From Octopus bimaculoides (lineage: Eukaryota), in the NCBI RefSeq assembly GCF_001194135.2, contig NC_068984.1:30236355-30300354 (forward strand): DNA of 64,000 nt, written 5' to 3'. Position numbers and translations under genes: made by a program. Positions 27,373 through 40,420 of the stretch are shown here, piece by piece; position 1 is the stretch's first letter, and every line of letters begins with the position of its first letter. The notes beneath the pieces are model-generated. The model ran no database searches. It worked only from the letters and a program-made list of their open reading frames with translations, and was not told where the DNA came from.

Positions 27373-28165
27373 TATTCTTCTACACTGCAAGCTTATCAAC
27401 CATTCTCAAAATATAAGGACAACAACAACATATTTTTATGATATAGTTAGAAGAAGGACAGTGCTGTGATACACTTATGACATTGAATGTGTGAGAAAAT
27501 CTATACTGGCTAAAACTTTGCTCAAACAGTTAAAAGAACTACCAATATAAATCAGAAATTAGGGTAACATCCAGAAACTGAGCAATCAGATGAAAATCTG
27601 AAACGGCAACAGCTTGTCAATAGAAAAGTTCATAGAACAGTTTGTTAATTTCAGTTGGCCTATGGCATATGAAACAGAATTTCAGCTCTTATGTTTCTGT
27701 GTGTCAGTGAGGAAAAGACAATAAGGGGTATCATTGTTTTGACTATTTGAATCAATTAAGCAATGACTAAGACTTAGTGATTTAAAAAATGCTTTTCTTA
27801 AGAATGAGCTGATAAAGGAGTTCAACAATTTTAATTATTATGGAGACTGAAGAATCTGATAATTTGAAGAATCATCAATTTTTTTTTTAAATATAAGAAT
27901 GGAACAGAAAAGTAATATCACCACATTAGGTGTAGACTAGTAAAACTTACTTGTCTGCAACCCAAGCAACAACAGTTCTTCATCAAAGAATTTTCATTTC
28001 TGTTAGACACAAAATGTCTTACAGAATTGATTTAAGTATTTCTGATATTTCAGAGGCCTTCTGAGATTTGTAGGGCAGAGGCACAAGTGATAATGCAGGC
28101 ACTATCGCAGTATCAGTATTGATTTCTGAGGTGAGCTTTATTTCCCATGTGTTGTATATTTAGAT

Positions 28166-28733
28166 TAGTGATTCTCAACCTTTTTTGATCTCATTGCACA
28201 CTGAAGAGCAAATTAGAAACTATGGTGCACTTTGTATTACTTTTAATGTTTTTTAACTTGCTGTGTCAAGAGGAAGAGGCTTTTCCATTGCCTTTTCAGA
28301 CCTGCTGAGACTGGCAACATCCTTTACCATTGAAATGTTTAAACTTATATAAGGCAGCACCTGTTGGTAACACATGGACAAAGAGGAAAGTCTAGAAAGA
28401 TATTCTGGGGAGAATGAATTGGGTTTAGTAGTATGTGCATGCCTTAGAGGTTGGGTTCAGTATGCGTGAAGAAGAGAGACAAGCGAGTAAGGATACCTGA
28501 ATGAAGATGTGATGATACCCAACAGTTGTTAGGAATTGTTATAGTAGCTATAGAAAAGCTGTTTTAAAACCAAAGAATGATGAAAAATATAGAAAACAAC
28601 CACTTATTTTGTTTTATTAATCCTACTTAGGAATAACGAAATTATTGATAACATTTTTCAAAACACTTAAGTATTGAAATGGAGTTTTTTATGGTGCACA
28701 CATTTCAGGAACCACACATTTCAGGAACCACTA
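28166..28733. mobile_element. Non-autonomous hAT (Charlie-like) element
   Basis: Ends TAGTGATTCTCAACC ... GGAACCACTA. Candidate 8-bp TSD ATTTAGAT / GTTTAGAG (6 of 8 match). Confidence 0.5.
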
Positions 28734-29619
28734 GTTTAGAGCAAAGAATAGCCATGTGTTATTCTGTAGGGTCTCACTCAGTGAATGGATAAAGGCTGTC
28801 AGTTACTTGATTAGTAGATTTGAAAATTATCCACAATCTGCGTAACAGATTAATGCTGTAATTTGTGATTATTTTCATCAGATAGATATTGATATATCAT
28901 CATTAATAATTGTTGTACTTATTCTAAATATATAAGTGAGCAAGAGAGCTTCTATGTAGTCAACTCAACCTGGAAGAAATAGCAACTAATTTACTCTCTA
29001 ATCATATCCTGCCATCTATGAAATGACAAAAGCAGTTGATAATATAGTCCTAGATACATTATGTAAAAAATTATGAGGTGCTCAAAGGCTGGAACATCTT
29101 TGGTTATAAGTCTGCTTCATGAGGGCTGCTGAGGAACTAAAAGCAACAGCAAAACACAAAAATATTTTGTAGGTACATTTTCCATTTTATTTTTATTCTT
29201 ATATCTATTGATTTTATTTTGCATTTCATTTTTCTTATTTTTACACGATTTTATGTATTACAAATTCTTCTCAAGGCAACAACAGTCTTTATAGGCTAGT
29301 TAGAGAAGAAGAAACAGTACTCATGACCTCATGACTTTTTTTTTTAAGGGAGTCTGAGACTAGTGGAATAAATTGGGGAGGAAACAATGACTGCCACTAT
29401 AGAACTCTTTTTCTAGCTCATGGTCCTTCACATCATATTACAAATGGTCTTCACATCATACTACATCACCATTGATTTTCTGATGGAACCACAGAAGATA
29501 TATTTCCCGTGGTTTGGCAGATACTGTTACTATTTGCACTGTTTATTTTTTTCTAGTGACAGCAGGTAGGCTTTGAGATCAAGTAAGAAATTATGGTGCC
29601 TTACTTTTGACTTCCTTTC

Positions 29620-29830
29620 TTTAACTTGCTGAGTCTAGAGGAAGAGACAGTTTCAACTAACTTCTCAGGCCTGTGGAGACTCACAAAACGTTTTACCTAT
29701 GGAATGTTTAAACACATCTCTGTCAGCACCAGTTGGAAAGACATGGACAAAGACAAAGTTCTAGAAAGATATTCTGAAGAGAATACATTGGATGTGGTTG
29801 TAATTGTAGGCTTGGGAGATTGCACTTAAT
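29620..29830 (-). mobile_element. L2/CR1-group LINE 3' end fragment
   Basis: Minus-strand ...VHVFPTGADRDVFKHSIGK resembles the WN.LP..VFP...L..FK terminus. A diverged paralogous copy lies at ~28265-28500. Confidence 0.45.
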
Positions 29831-31219
29831 ATGCACGATGAGAAGGGGAGCTCTATGGTGCACCCAGATATCACAGATTGGTACTTCATTTATAGATCCT
29901 AAAAGGATGAAAGATAAATTCGACCTCAGATGAATTTAAACTCAGTGTGCGGAAAGTCAACAAAAGTCACATAGCATTCCATCTGATGTTTTAATTTGCC
30001 TCAGTTTGAGGAAAACACTAATAGTATGAATTTTATTGGCGAGAGGAGCTTGCAGAATCTATAAACTCAGCCTATTCTTCCATATGATATCGATAATTGA
30101 ATAAAGGTAAAAAGAACCATCTCTCCATGCTTATATTTAAGCAAGGAAAAGAAATAAGCTAGATATCAACTGCACTAAATTTCTTCAGTTATCCCAGGTA
30201 CTACCAATATAGAAGAAATGAAAACTCAAACTTCTGTGGACAGAGATTCTCATTGGAATGAAAAAAAGAAATACTTAAAAATAATAGACAAGATATATTT
30301 TAAACACTAAATCTAAGATGGGAGAATGCTCAAATTGAATCTAAACAGATATGTTGGTGAACTATATATCACTTGTACAGGAAACAAAACACTCCTGATT
30401 GGTTTATTGGCTACCTTCATGCATGAGGTCCCTTCAGACAAAGATTACAAGATATACACTAGGACAGAAACAACAACAATGTATTTGATAATGAAGGTAA
30501 CAAACAGGATAATTGGATGGACTCCATAGTTAGAAATCAATAAAACACATTGCTATTTTTCTTTTTTCACTTTTTGTTGTCTGCTATTTCTATAGTGTTT
30601 TACTTTTTGTTGTCTGCTATTTCTATGATGTTACAAAGTATGTAATCTTTTACTATTTTATTTCTTTTTTTAATTATGATAATCTCTTGCTCTGATTATT
30701 TCAGGAAATTATAACTAGATCACATTTTTCCAGAATAACATACAATTCCAAAGGTAGCACAGAATACGTTGCAATTTGCAATTATCTGAATGAAGATATT
30801 GCAATTTAAACCTAATTTGCAACTGTAGGAAACACTATGACTCAGAAATTCTGTTGTAGCTATAATGTAAATGACATGCTTGTAATGAAACCAGCTGCTT
30901 GGACGGATAAATATGTTACAGGTTTTCCTCAGGAAGGAAGATGGACAAATGAAGAAAAAGAATGAAATAGAGAAAGAGTAACAAAAAAGGTGAAGAAAAT
31001 ACAGCTGAGAATAGGAAAAAGGAAAGATCAAAGTTGTAGGAAAGGGATGAGACAGGTAAAATGAAAGACTGGAATAATTTGGAAAAGCTGAGTAAGTGCT
31101 GAATGGAGTAGAGAAGCTAAAACGAATGAAGAAACTTGAAAAGTGCTGAGGAGGAGAATACATAAAAAGAATATAAAGGTGACAAGACAAAAACTATTGC
31201 CAGGTATTTGAAGGAGAAA

Positions 31220-31276
<57 letters not shown>

Positions 31277-32503
31277 TGTGCGTGTATATATATATGAATT
31301 ATCCATCCATACGCCAAAACTCATTTTCCTTACACTCCTCTCCCCATCACTCTTAACTACAGCACTGTGTATTCAGATGCTATATGGGCACTGAAGAGCA
31401 ATGTTACCTTTCATGTAATGGGTTCAAATCAGCATAAAACATATCATAAATATATTTATTCATAGCAATAATGTTTTCCCACCTCAGAAACCAGTTTTCT
31501 GCTTCCTCAGTCGAAAAAATAAAAAATAAGAAAAAAAAAGTCAGTTTCTTTACAAGGGAAAATGGTTGGAGGTGCCATTTCAACACCTTCCTGCTGTGGA
31601 ATGTTTTTCCACTGAAAAACTGTTCAAGGGACCTGAATAACAGAAAGTTTGATGGTGCTAGGTTTGGTGAGTGAGGTAGAACCTCTTAGCCTGTCGCCAA
31701 CATACTTTTCAGTCTCCATTTTTGTCCTCACCATCTTTTAGGCACCATCTTGTCTTTATATCACTCACTCTTTCTCCTGTTCACCTACCATACTGCTCAT
31801 GTCAAATGGGGTGACATTGGATCTATCTATATCCAATCACCATCTCCCACTATCCTTATCACCATCTCTAACCAGAAAAACCTGTAGCTGTCTTTCTCCC
31901 AATATTCCCAACCATTACTGTTTCTCTATTTCTCCCTTCAACTCTGTTTCTTCCATTACTCCTCAGCAACCTTATTATCTTAATGTCATCGTCGTTGTCG
32001 TCGCCCCCTCCTTCTCCTCCTCCTCCTCCTTATTTCAAGTTCTCTAGTTCATCTATTATTCTCTTGATCACATCACTTTTAACAGAAGCAAAGCTAGGTG
32101 ATAGCAACTGTCTGGCCTTGAAACAGACAAAATGACCTCACTGGTGCTGGTGCTTTCTAATATGGCACAATCTGTAATGTAGTTGGGAAATGAACTGGGA
32201 GAACAGAAGTTTGTGAGGACAATTTTGTCTTGCTGAAGGCATGACAACTTCTTTGGTCGTGTTGTCATGATAAAATGCACCCAAAACACCTTAATGGGAT
32301 TGGTGTTAAGAATGGCTTCCTTCCACAGAAAGCAAGCTAGATTGTATGTGAGCTAGATGGGATCCTCTGACAAGTCTAGGAGAACAATAAATCTAAATAG
32401 GAAGTGAGTTGGTCTGTGATAGCTAACTCAACCCATGAAATCCTAGGCATAAAATAATGATGAATATAATAACTTTGAGATAAGCGAGTATGTATGTGTG
32501 GGC

Positions 32504-32536
<33 letters not shown>

Positions 32537-32537
<1 letters not shown>

Positions 32538-32853
32538 TTACCAACCACATGGTTCTGGGTTCTGCTATAGCCTCAGGCCGACCAAAGCCTTGTAAGTGGA
32601 TTTGGTAGACGGAAACTGAAAGAAGTCTATTATATATGTGTGTGTGTGTGTTTGTCCCCCCACCATCACTTGATGACCGGTGCTGGTGGGTTTACATCCC
32701 TGTAACTTAGTGCTTCGGCAAAAGAGACCATTGGAATAAGTACTAAGCTCACAAAGAATAAATCCTGGTGTAAATTTGTTCGACTAAAGGTGGTGCTCCA
32801 GCATGGCCGCAGTCAAATGACTGAAACAAATAAAAGAGTAAAAGAGTAAAAGA
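32537..32853 (+). mobile_element. SINE family A, head-truncated with internal deletion
   Basis: GCTTACCAACCACATGGTTCTGGGTT...GGAAACTGAAAGAAG...(TG)n...TGAAACAAATAAAAGAGTAAAAGAG. Confidence 0.8.
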
Positions 32854-34859
32854 TGTATATATATATCATCCTGTGTTCTACATTTTTGCTGAGTTCTTTA
32901 TTTAAAATCACCAATATTATTGATGTGTGTGCGCACACACTCAAACACACACACACACACTCAGACACACATGCACAAACATACATACACACATTTCACA
33001 GGAGAACTTAATATTTGTCTAATTCTGAGTGAAGGTGACAGAAATTCTTTTGAAACAAAGTGCATGTATGGTATAATTATATTTTATATGATACTAGGTC
33101 TTAAAAGGGAGAAATGACACCAAGAATACAATACAAATTAAATTAAAATACATGCTAGAAATTTTAGTGAGACAACAGAATATACATAGCTGAAAATTGA
33201 GGTGACATCTCACACCTATTCCATTCTGATAAGCATCAATATTATGGATTTGGTGCTTGACACTGGATTAAATGCTTCCTCTTCATCATCATCATTGTCA
33301 TGTAACGTCCATTGTTCATGCTGGTATGTGTTGGATGGTGTGATCAGAGCTGACAAGCTGGAGTGGGGGGAGGTGCACCAGACTCCAGCCTGATTTGGCA
33401 TGGTTTCTATGACTGGATGCTCTTCCTAATGCCAACCACTTTACAGAGTGTGTTGGGTGCTTTTACATGGCACTACATGGGTGCTTTTACATAGTACCAC
33501 ACAGGCGTTTTTACGTGGTACCTCATGAGCAATTTTACATCCTGCTGCATGGGTACATTTACATGGAACCACATGGGCACTTTTACATGGTGTGCTTTAC
33601 ATGACCAGAAAGATTGGTCTTAACATTTCTGCTGCAGAGTATGGGTTTTCTCAAGTACAGCCACATATGAAGTATCTCAGTCCTTTATGTAAGTATAGCA
33701 CATTTTAACAAACATAGAAGAGTTTTTTAATTACATTGAATTCATATTCAGGCACAATTCTAATTATTTAGATCAAGAAGAATGAGCCGGTTTCACGACA
33801 TTGTGCTCCTGGTAGCAATTTCTTGTCTTATCCTACAGATTGTCATTAAGTATGGGTGCAAAATATTTCTCTGGTCTTGCCTGGCTAATTGATACTTGAT
33901 CTCATATTAAATTCTCCTTGTAACCTAATGGTCCGGCAAAACAGACCAATAAAATACATACCAGAGTTACAAAGATTAGTACTGAGGTCAAATCAGTTGC
34001 TTGACTAAACCCTCTGAGATGGCACTCCAGCATGCCCACAGTCCAATAACCAAAACAAATAAAAGATAAAATGTGAAAGATAAAAATATAGTTGATGTGT
34101 TGTAATAGAAAGCTGATTTGAATACTTTATGCTATTAAGTTCTTTTTTGTTTTCATATATTTCATAGCAGACATAGTCAAGTTGACACAGTTTTCTGCTT
34201 AAGTTTGCTTTGAAATCAGTTTATTTTCCCAGTTTCGGTTTCCATGTGCATTCTCTCTCATAGTCTNNNNNNNNNNATAGTACCACACAGGCGTTTTTAC
34301 GTGGTACCTCATGAGCAGTTTATTTTCCCAGTTTCGGTTTCCATGTGCATTCTCTCTCATAGTCTGAGGTTAATACATGCCTTATGAATGAAATGATATA
34401 AACTGAAACTACACGGATGTCCATGAGGTGGACCTGAACCAGAACTTGTGAGTTAGATTTAATCTATCACCTTGTATAAAACCATTCTCCCCCGAACCTT
34501 GGGTGCCTTTAACAGAACCCAGTCTGTTGCAGATATTTGTTACTGGTCTTCAGTTTGAATATAATTATTTTATTTCCTACTGCAATAGATCATGAATTAT
34601 AGATTTTCATTCTTTTCTTCCACTGGTCACAGAAATCCTGCATAAATGTTATGGATGCTGTCCTGCCTCTTCTATCTAAGAGATAAAAAAAAGCATTACT
34701 TTGGCTTTCATATCAAATAAAATAATCTTCAGTGTCCTGCATTTCATTAATTTTCTTTCAACTACTTATATATCATTTATAACTTTTTAACAAGCCACAT
34801 AATTGTAATCACAGCTGACACTTTTCATCATACCCAGCAATATAAGCTGTGAGTTTTAA

Positions 34860-35460
34860 TGCAATAATAATAATTATCATAATAATGATAATAATGATGA
34901 TGATGATGTTTTATTTATTGGCCTCGGGGGCCAAATACAAAACAAACAGGAACGAGTGGGTTTTGGCACAATGTCATATATGAAATATATAACAATAACA
35001 ATTAACAATTAAATCAAACAATAAAAATTCCCAAAAGGGGTTACTTATTCACAGGGACAACCAAAGAACCTCACACACCCTGGTTACACCAGCTGCTAGG
35101 GGCACCTCAGCAGGTACCTTTCTCCTTCTGAACTCCTCTGGTTTACTATTGAATGTTCAGAGTAGGCCATTCACATGGGCTATCCTCACCACATTCACCC
35201 ACCATTCAACAAAAATACGGGGGTCAGTACTTCCCTCTCCACTCTCATTTTCCTTTTCAAGTGAAACTTGAAAAAGTCGATGAGGGCTTGGCTGCAGAGG
35301 AAAGTATCTATCTTCAGTCCTTTCAATCTCCTCCACTCCACTACCTCATTGCCATAGCCACAAAAGAGAGGAAAACTGTCTTTCTTTCCTGATCGAAAGA
35401 AACAGCGGGGCAATCTTTTCGATGGACTCAGCTGATTAGTGGATTCAGCCTAAATGCATC
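34860..35460 (-). mobile_element. Tx1-clade (L1-group) LINE, 5'-truncated 3' end
   Basis: Minus-strand EVVEWRRLKGLKIDTFLCSQALIDFFKFHLKRKMRVEREVLTP, a 3' UTR ending AATAAA, and a (CAT/TAT)n tail. Confidence 0.6.
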
Positions 35461-35550
35461 AACGTCGTTCTACAAAGCTCCACAAGTCAGCAATGACAAC
35501 AGCTGTTCTACAAAGCTCCACAGGTCAGCAAAGCTTCACAAGTTAGCAAC

Positions 35551-35900
35551 ATTATTACCTGTGCGTTTTTCAGTTGTGTTTATTTGTCTGTGGACAAGAT
35601 ATCTCAAGAACTGCTGGATGGATTTGGATGAAACTTTCAGGGATGTTTGGTCACGTGACTGGCACAAACTGATTAAATTTTTGAGATCGATCTGTTGCTG
35701 GACAAGGATTCTGGATTATTTTTCCGGTTTTTTAAACTTAATTTTTGAGAGTGGTTGGGTTCATTTTTAGTATTTTTGTTTGTGAGAGCAGTCGAGTTTA
35801 TTTCAGATAATCTCATTTTAAAAATCATCTCTGGCTAATCGTTGAGAGGACTTTGGTGTTGCCTTGGCAGAGGTTTGCGCTCTCTGAGTGCTCTTATTAG
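35551..35900 (+). mobile_element. Helentron-associated non-autonomous element (HINE/DINE-like)
   Basis: 5' TTACCT remnant, body GGATGGATTTGGATGAAACTTTCAGG, 3' subTIR CCTTGGCAGAGGT followed by hairpin GCGCTC-TCT-GAGTGC (35877-35891). Confidence 0.6.
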
Positions 35901-36619
35901 TACATAAGGAAGAGCTAGCAGAGGACGACAAGCAAGACCTATATCAAGTAGATTTGTTATGACATAAACTGCCATCCCTGTGACCCGCTAAATATGATGA
36001 ACGATAGAATTGGATGCTAACAGAGAGTCACAAGTAGCCATACAAGCATTGTAACTAGATGGTGATTGAATTTACTTCTCATCCTTCAGATTTCAAAAAG
36101 TACAAGTTAAGTGTTCTTGTGTGAATTAGATCAACAGTTTCTCCATCAATTATTTAAAAAATCATTATCATTTATATTATTTCATTAGTAAAGTAGAAAA
36201 CTGGCAGGTTTGTAAGAGCACTGGACAGAAAGGATGCCATGCATTATCTGTTCTATCTTTTTAGTATTTTGAAAGCAAAGCCAGTGATAATTCTGATGTT
36301 AAGCTGTGTTAACCTTTCTCTCGAACATATTTAGTAGATGTAAAAAGTTGAGACTATCACATGTAAGCAGCTGTTTGCATTCCACAATGAACATTGTCTG
36401 AGTCTCTGCTACACCTTGGAAATAAACTTTCCAGAAGCAGATATCCTGGCCAGCCATGACCAAAGGAGGCCTTAGATTTCACATGTAATATTTTTATTTT
36501 ATGCCTTCATAATGCAGTCATAAACAGTTTGTGTCTATGTTTTGTTTCTGCATATTTTCATGTAATAGATGCTGCATCTAATGATGCTATGTTGTGCATG
36601 ATTTCTGGGATTTTAGGTA

Positions 36620-38450
36620 TGTATTTGTGTCTTTTTTTTTAAACGTATTCCAAAAGCATCCATTATGATGCAGGTTACCTCTGTTTTCAATCCTCACATT
36701 CTGGCTATCTCTATTTCCAACTCTTTATATTTACAGAGTTTCTCCATTTCTTTTGGAAATATTTTGTCAGCTTGTTGGCATGATACATTGATGAAAAAAT
36801 ATTTCTTTTCCTTGTGGTCTATGATAATAACAAATAGTGGATTTGGCTTAATCTTCCTGTCAATATGATTTGCCATGTCTTAGAGTATTGTTCCTTTTGT
36901 TATTATCTAAGACATTGTCTACTGTATCTTTGAACATTTTTTTTTCTGTAGGTATTTCATGATGTTGGTATAATTTACTTTTGGTCATGATTAGTTAACT
37001 AGAAACTATATGATTGATTGTTTCTTCACAACATTCACACAATTACACTTACATTATGTAGTTATTTTTTGGATTTTACTTCCTTACATATTTTGTTGGA
37101 TTCTAAGTGGGAAAACCCTGGATTTTTTGGTCTGCAGTAAAAACATCCTTTTTTTGCTTCTTATGATGTGTTAAGTTTTTGTCTTCATTTACTTCATCTT
37201 TACTTAGCATTGTCATGTATTGTCCATGTAAGAGCTTTTCATGCCAACATCTTAGTATTCTGAAATCCCAGTTTTAGCTTAGCATTTAGTTATTTTAACA
37301 GTTTCTGTTGTCTCCACATTCTACTCATTACTGTCTGTTACTTCAGCATCTTTTTTAATATTTATTGGCTTTCATGAAGAAAGAAAATGATTTATTTTTT
37401 CCATATTTTGAAGCTATTTTCATTAGCATTCTTTTATTCTTTACTAGGTATTTTCGAATTCCTACAGTGGATATTAAATAAGTTTTCCTTACAAAAGTCT
37501 TCTAGTTCCCTACATTCAGAGAAAATATATTTCTGTGATACCTTTTGGTAGTGTACTCTAAATGCAGTCACATTTCTTTTTTTCTTGTTAATGTTGCTTT
37601 ATCCAGTAAACTTTCAATGGAGAATACTAAAATCATAACAACACATAACTGTATCTATAATATTCCTTTCTAACTTTTTCTTTTTTTGTGTGTGCTATCC
37701 TCTGTCTATTTCATCATTTAAAAAAAATATTTGTAATTGTAATTTTATTTAGTTCTCTTGGCTGCTTTATTTGACATGATATGTTTTTTATTAATTCACC
37801 TTTCTGTAAAATGTTCTCATATATTATTATAAACTAAATTTCCTATCGTTTCCTCTTCCATTGTATCATTGTACTCTCTGAAGTTGCATCCTTACTTGCT
37901 TGACATTATCATTGTGCTCCCTAATTTATCTGTCATTACATTCTGAGTTCAGAATTTTGTCAAGATTAACTTTGCCTTTCATCTGCTGGCCTTGTTCCAA
38001 AATATGGAATCATTATTATTCTCCCTTACATCTCTTCATTTTATTTGTCATAAAGTTATTTTTTGCCTAAAAGCATTGTTTAATGTTTTTTGCTTAAAAA
38101 TTTCCGTATTATTAATTTAAAATCTTAACTAATGCAGTAGTATTAGTACCATCACTGGTCTACATTTTTGCATTCTATAATTCTAAAACTTTATATTTTA
38201 AAAATCTTTTACTTTCTGTGATTGGCACATTTTTACTGAAAGTACGTGATATATCAATCATTGTGTATGATCTGGCTTTCTGATCTTTTATAAATTTATC
38301 TGATTGATTAGCTCATATCTCTCAATCCCTTTACAGAACTAAACCCTTCAGAAGAGTCACTATCTCTTCTGTAATTCACTCACACTTGTCTTCATAGGAT
38401 TTGTAAGTTGATTGAATATAGACTTCCCTGAGTTTTATTTTTCCTCAATA
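36620..38450 (-). mobile_element. Old R4/Dong-clade (REL endonuclease) retrotransposon remnant
   Basis: Minus ORF HIDRKIKPNPLFVIIIDHKEKKYFFINVSCQQADKIFPKEMEKLCKYKELEIEIARM matches the REL domain of 48348-49519. The upstream extent is approximate. Confidence 0.65.
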
Positions 38451-39029
38451 AAGATTATCTTGCTGCTTTGCTGTATATACATAATCTCACAGTAGATATA
38501 ATCCATTTTCTTAAGAAGTAACCAGCCAGTGACTATAAACCAAAATGTTTCATTAAATATCCTACTTATCTAAAATATTTGTTCCATTTAATTTCTTTAT
38601 TTGTGTTCCATATAGTGATATTTCATGTGATGACATTTCTAGAGACTTGGCTCTATGGCTATATAATCGATCTTATCCATCAGTTAACAAATTTTCAAGC
38701 TGGTGCTAGTGAGCAGCAAGCAGAGGATTTAATTGCCTCAAATGGGCTTTAATAAATCTTAACCAATATTTAACATGCAAGCTGTTCATAAAATGGAATA
38801 AATTAGTCTTCCATGGATGAGGGAAGAGGTATGTGATATTTCATGTCATGTCCTCCAGTAGAAGGGTAAGTATGAGTTGTAATTTCATATTCCTTTGATG
38901 AGATTTCTTCTACAAAATATCAGAATTTTCTTCTTCCTCATTGCAATTAGCTTATTGCACTTGCAAACTGTTCATATTTTACTATTAGAGTCCTTGGATT
39001 TTAATATTTTACTTGAAATATTAACATGA

Positions 39030-40420
39030 AATGAAGGTTGCAAGCTGATAGAATCATTAGCATACTGGGAAAAATGCTTAGTGGCATTTCATTTGTCATA
39101 ATGTTTTGAGTTCAAATTCTACCAAGGTTGACTTTGCTTTTCATTCTGTCAGGGTCAATAAAATAAATACCAGTTGAGTACTGGGATTGATGTAATCAAC
39201 CCCACACCCCCAAACTGCTGGTCTTGTGCCAAAATTTGAAACTAATATAAACATGAAAGAATTTATTTTTCCAATGAATTGATATTACTTTTTTCTTTCC
39301 TTTTTATTTACTATATCAGTGATTCTCTTCTTAATTGTGGTAACTGATGTTGTAAATTCCTGAAAGCAATGAAACTACACTGGAAGGAGTTTTACTCTTA
39401 GCAGGTCTATCCATGTCTGAAGTGAGGGATTAAACTAAATGAAAATAAGATGTACAGATGAGGGACATATAACTTTGTCAGAGGAATCCATTGCACAATA
39501 GTCAATGATGAAAATTACAAGATGTTGGAAGATGTAATTGAATTAATGGAACTGATCAAGGTCACCTGCTTCCAAAAGTGAACCACTGTTAACATCTACA
39601 GAGTAAGTGATTATAGATATCATTCAACCAGAAATAAATTTCAGTCAGAGCAGGCTTAGTTCAACACTGCTGCTAAGATTTGTTTCTGTTTGAATTACTG
39701 TGCAGTTTATGACGCTGTTGATATCCTTATTTCTGATGGAGACCTTGTGGTTGTTTATTTGTGATTGAATCTTGAGAGTTGTGGATTGGCAGAATCATTA
39801 GAGGGTTCGGCAATGTTCCTTGTAGTAATTGTTCTTTTTTTTCACTTTCTAAATTCAAATCCTGCTGAAGCCAAATTTGATTTTTTTCCTTTTAGGGTTA
39901 GTAAAGTTAGATACCAGTCAAATACTAGGATTAACTTTATTGACTAACCTTACCATCCAAATGAGTGGTTCTGTATCTGTCTGAAAAATGATTGAAAATA
40001 TTAAAAACAAAAGAAAGAAATTCTAATTAGAAGGTGGATCAGCAGCGTAATTAGAATTTTGGGAAAAATAAATGCCTTGTGGTATTTGTTCTGGCTCTTT
40101 ATATTCTGATTTCAAATCTCACCAAGGTCGTCTTTGACCTTTACTCATTCAAAGTTGATAAATGAGGTACCAGTCAAATACTGAGGGTGATGATATTAAC
40201 TAACCCTGTCCCTCCAAATTGCTGGATGTGTGCTTAAATTAGATACCATTGCTATTATAGTAGTAAAAGCAATGAGTTAACAGAATTGTTACTCTACCCA
40301 GCAAAATGGGTCGATAAAGTGAGTATCAGTGAAACACTGGGGTTGATGTAATTGACGTGTCCCCTCCCCACAAATTTCAGGCATTATGCTTTTAGTAGAA
40401 AGGATTATTATTATTATTAT
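39030..40420 (+). mobile_element. Cluster of family C SINE copies
   Basis: Copies at ~39030-39250, ~39780-39960 and ~40040-40255 share GAGTTCAAATT / TTCAAATC B-box regions and the ...ACCAGT..A.TACTG/A.GG body. A partial 3' end lies at ~40290-40420. Confidence 0.65.

Noticed and set aside
28054-28130. Exon-like segment (ttcag...GAG|gtgagc) with GRGTSDNAG resembling an M20 peptidase motif
   Set aside because: From the strong acceptor all three frames hit stops. The motif needs a weaker acceptor and has no supporting exons.
33455-33590. Regularly spaced repeats that could be mistaken for a CRISPR array
   Set aside because: A contiguous degenerate 24-bp minisatellite inside a eukaryotic SINE, with no unique spacers and no cas genes.
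34220-34350. Apparent local duplications around a 10-N gap
   Set aside because: After the gap, ~40 bp copy 33491-33530 exactly and are followed by a repeat of ~34220-34266. This pattern fits a gap-filling or assembly artefact.
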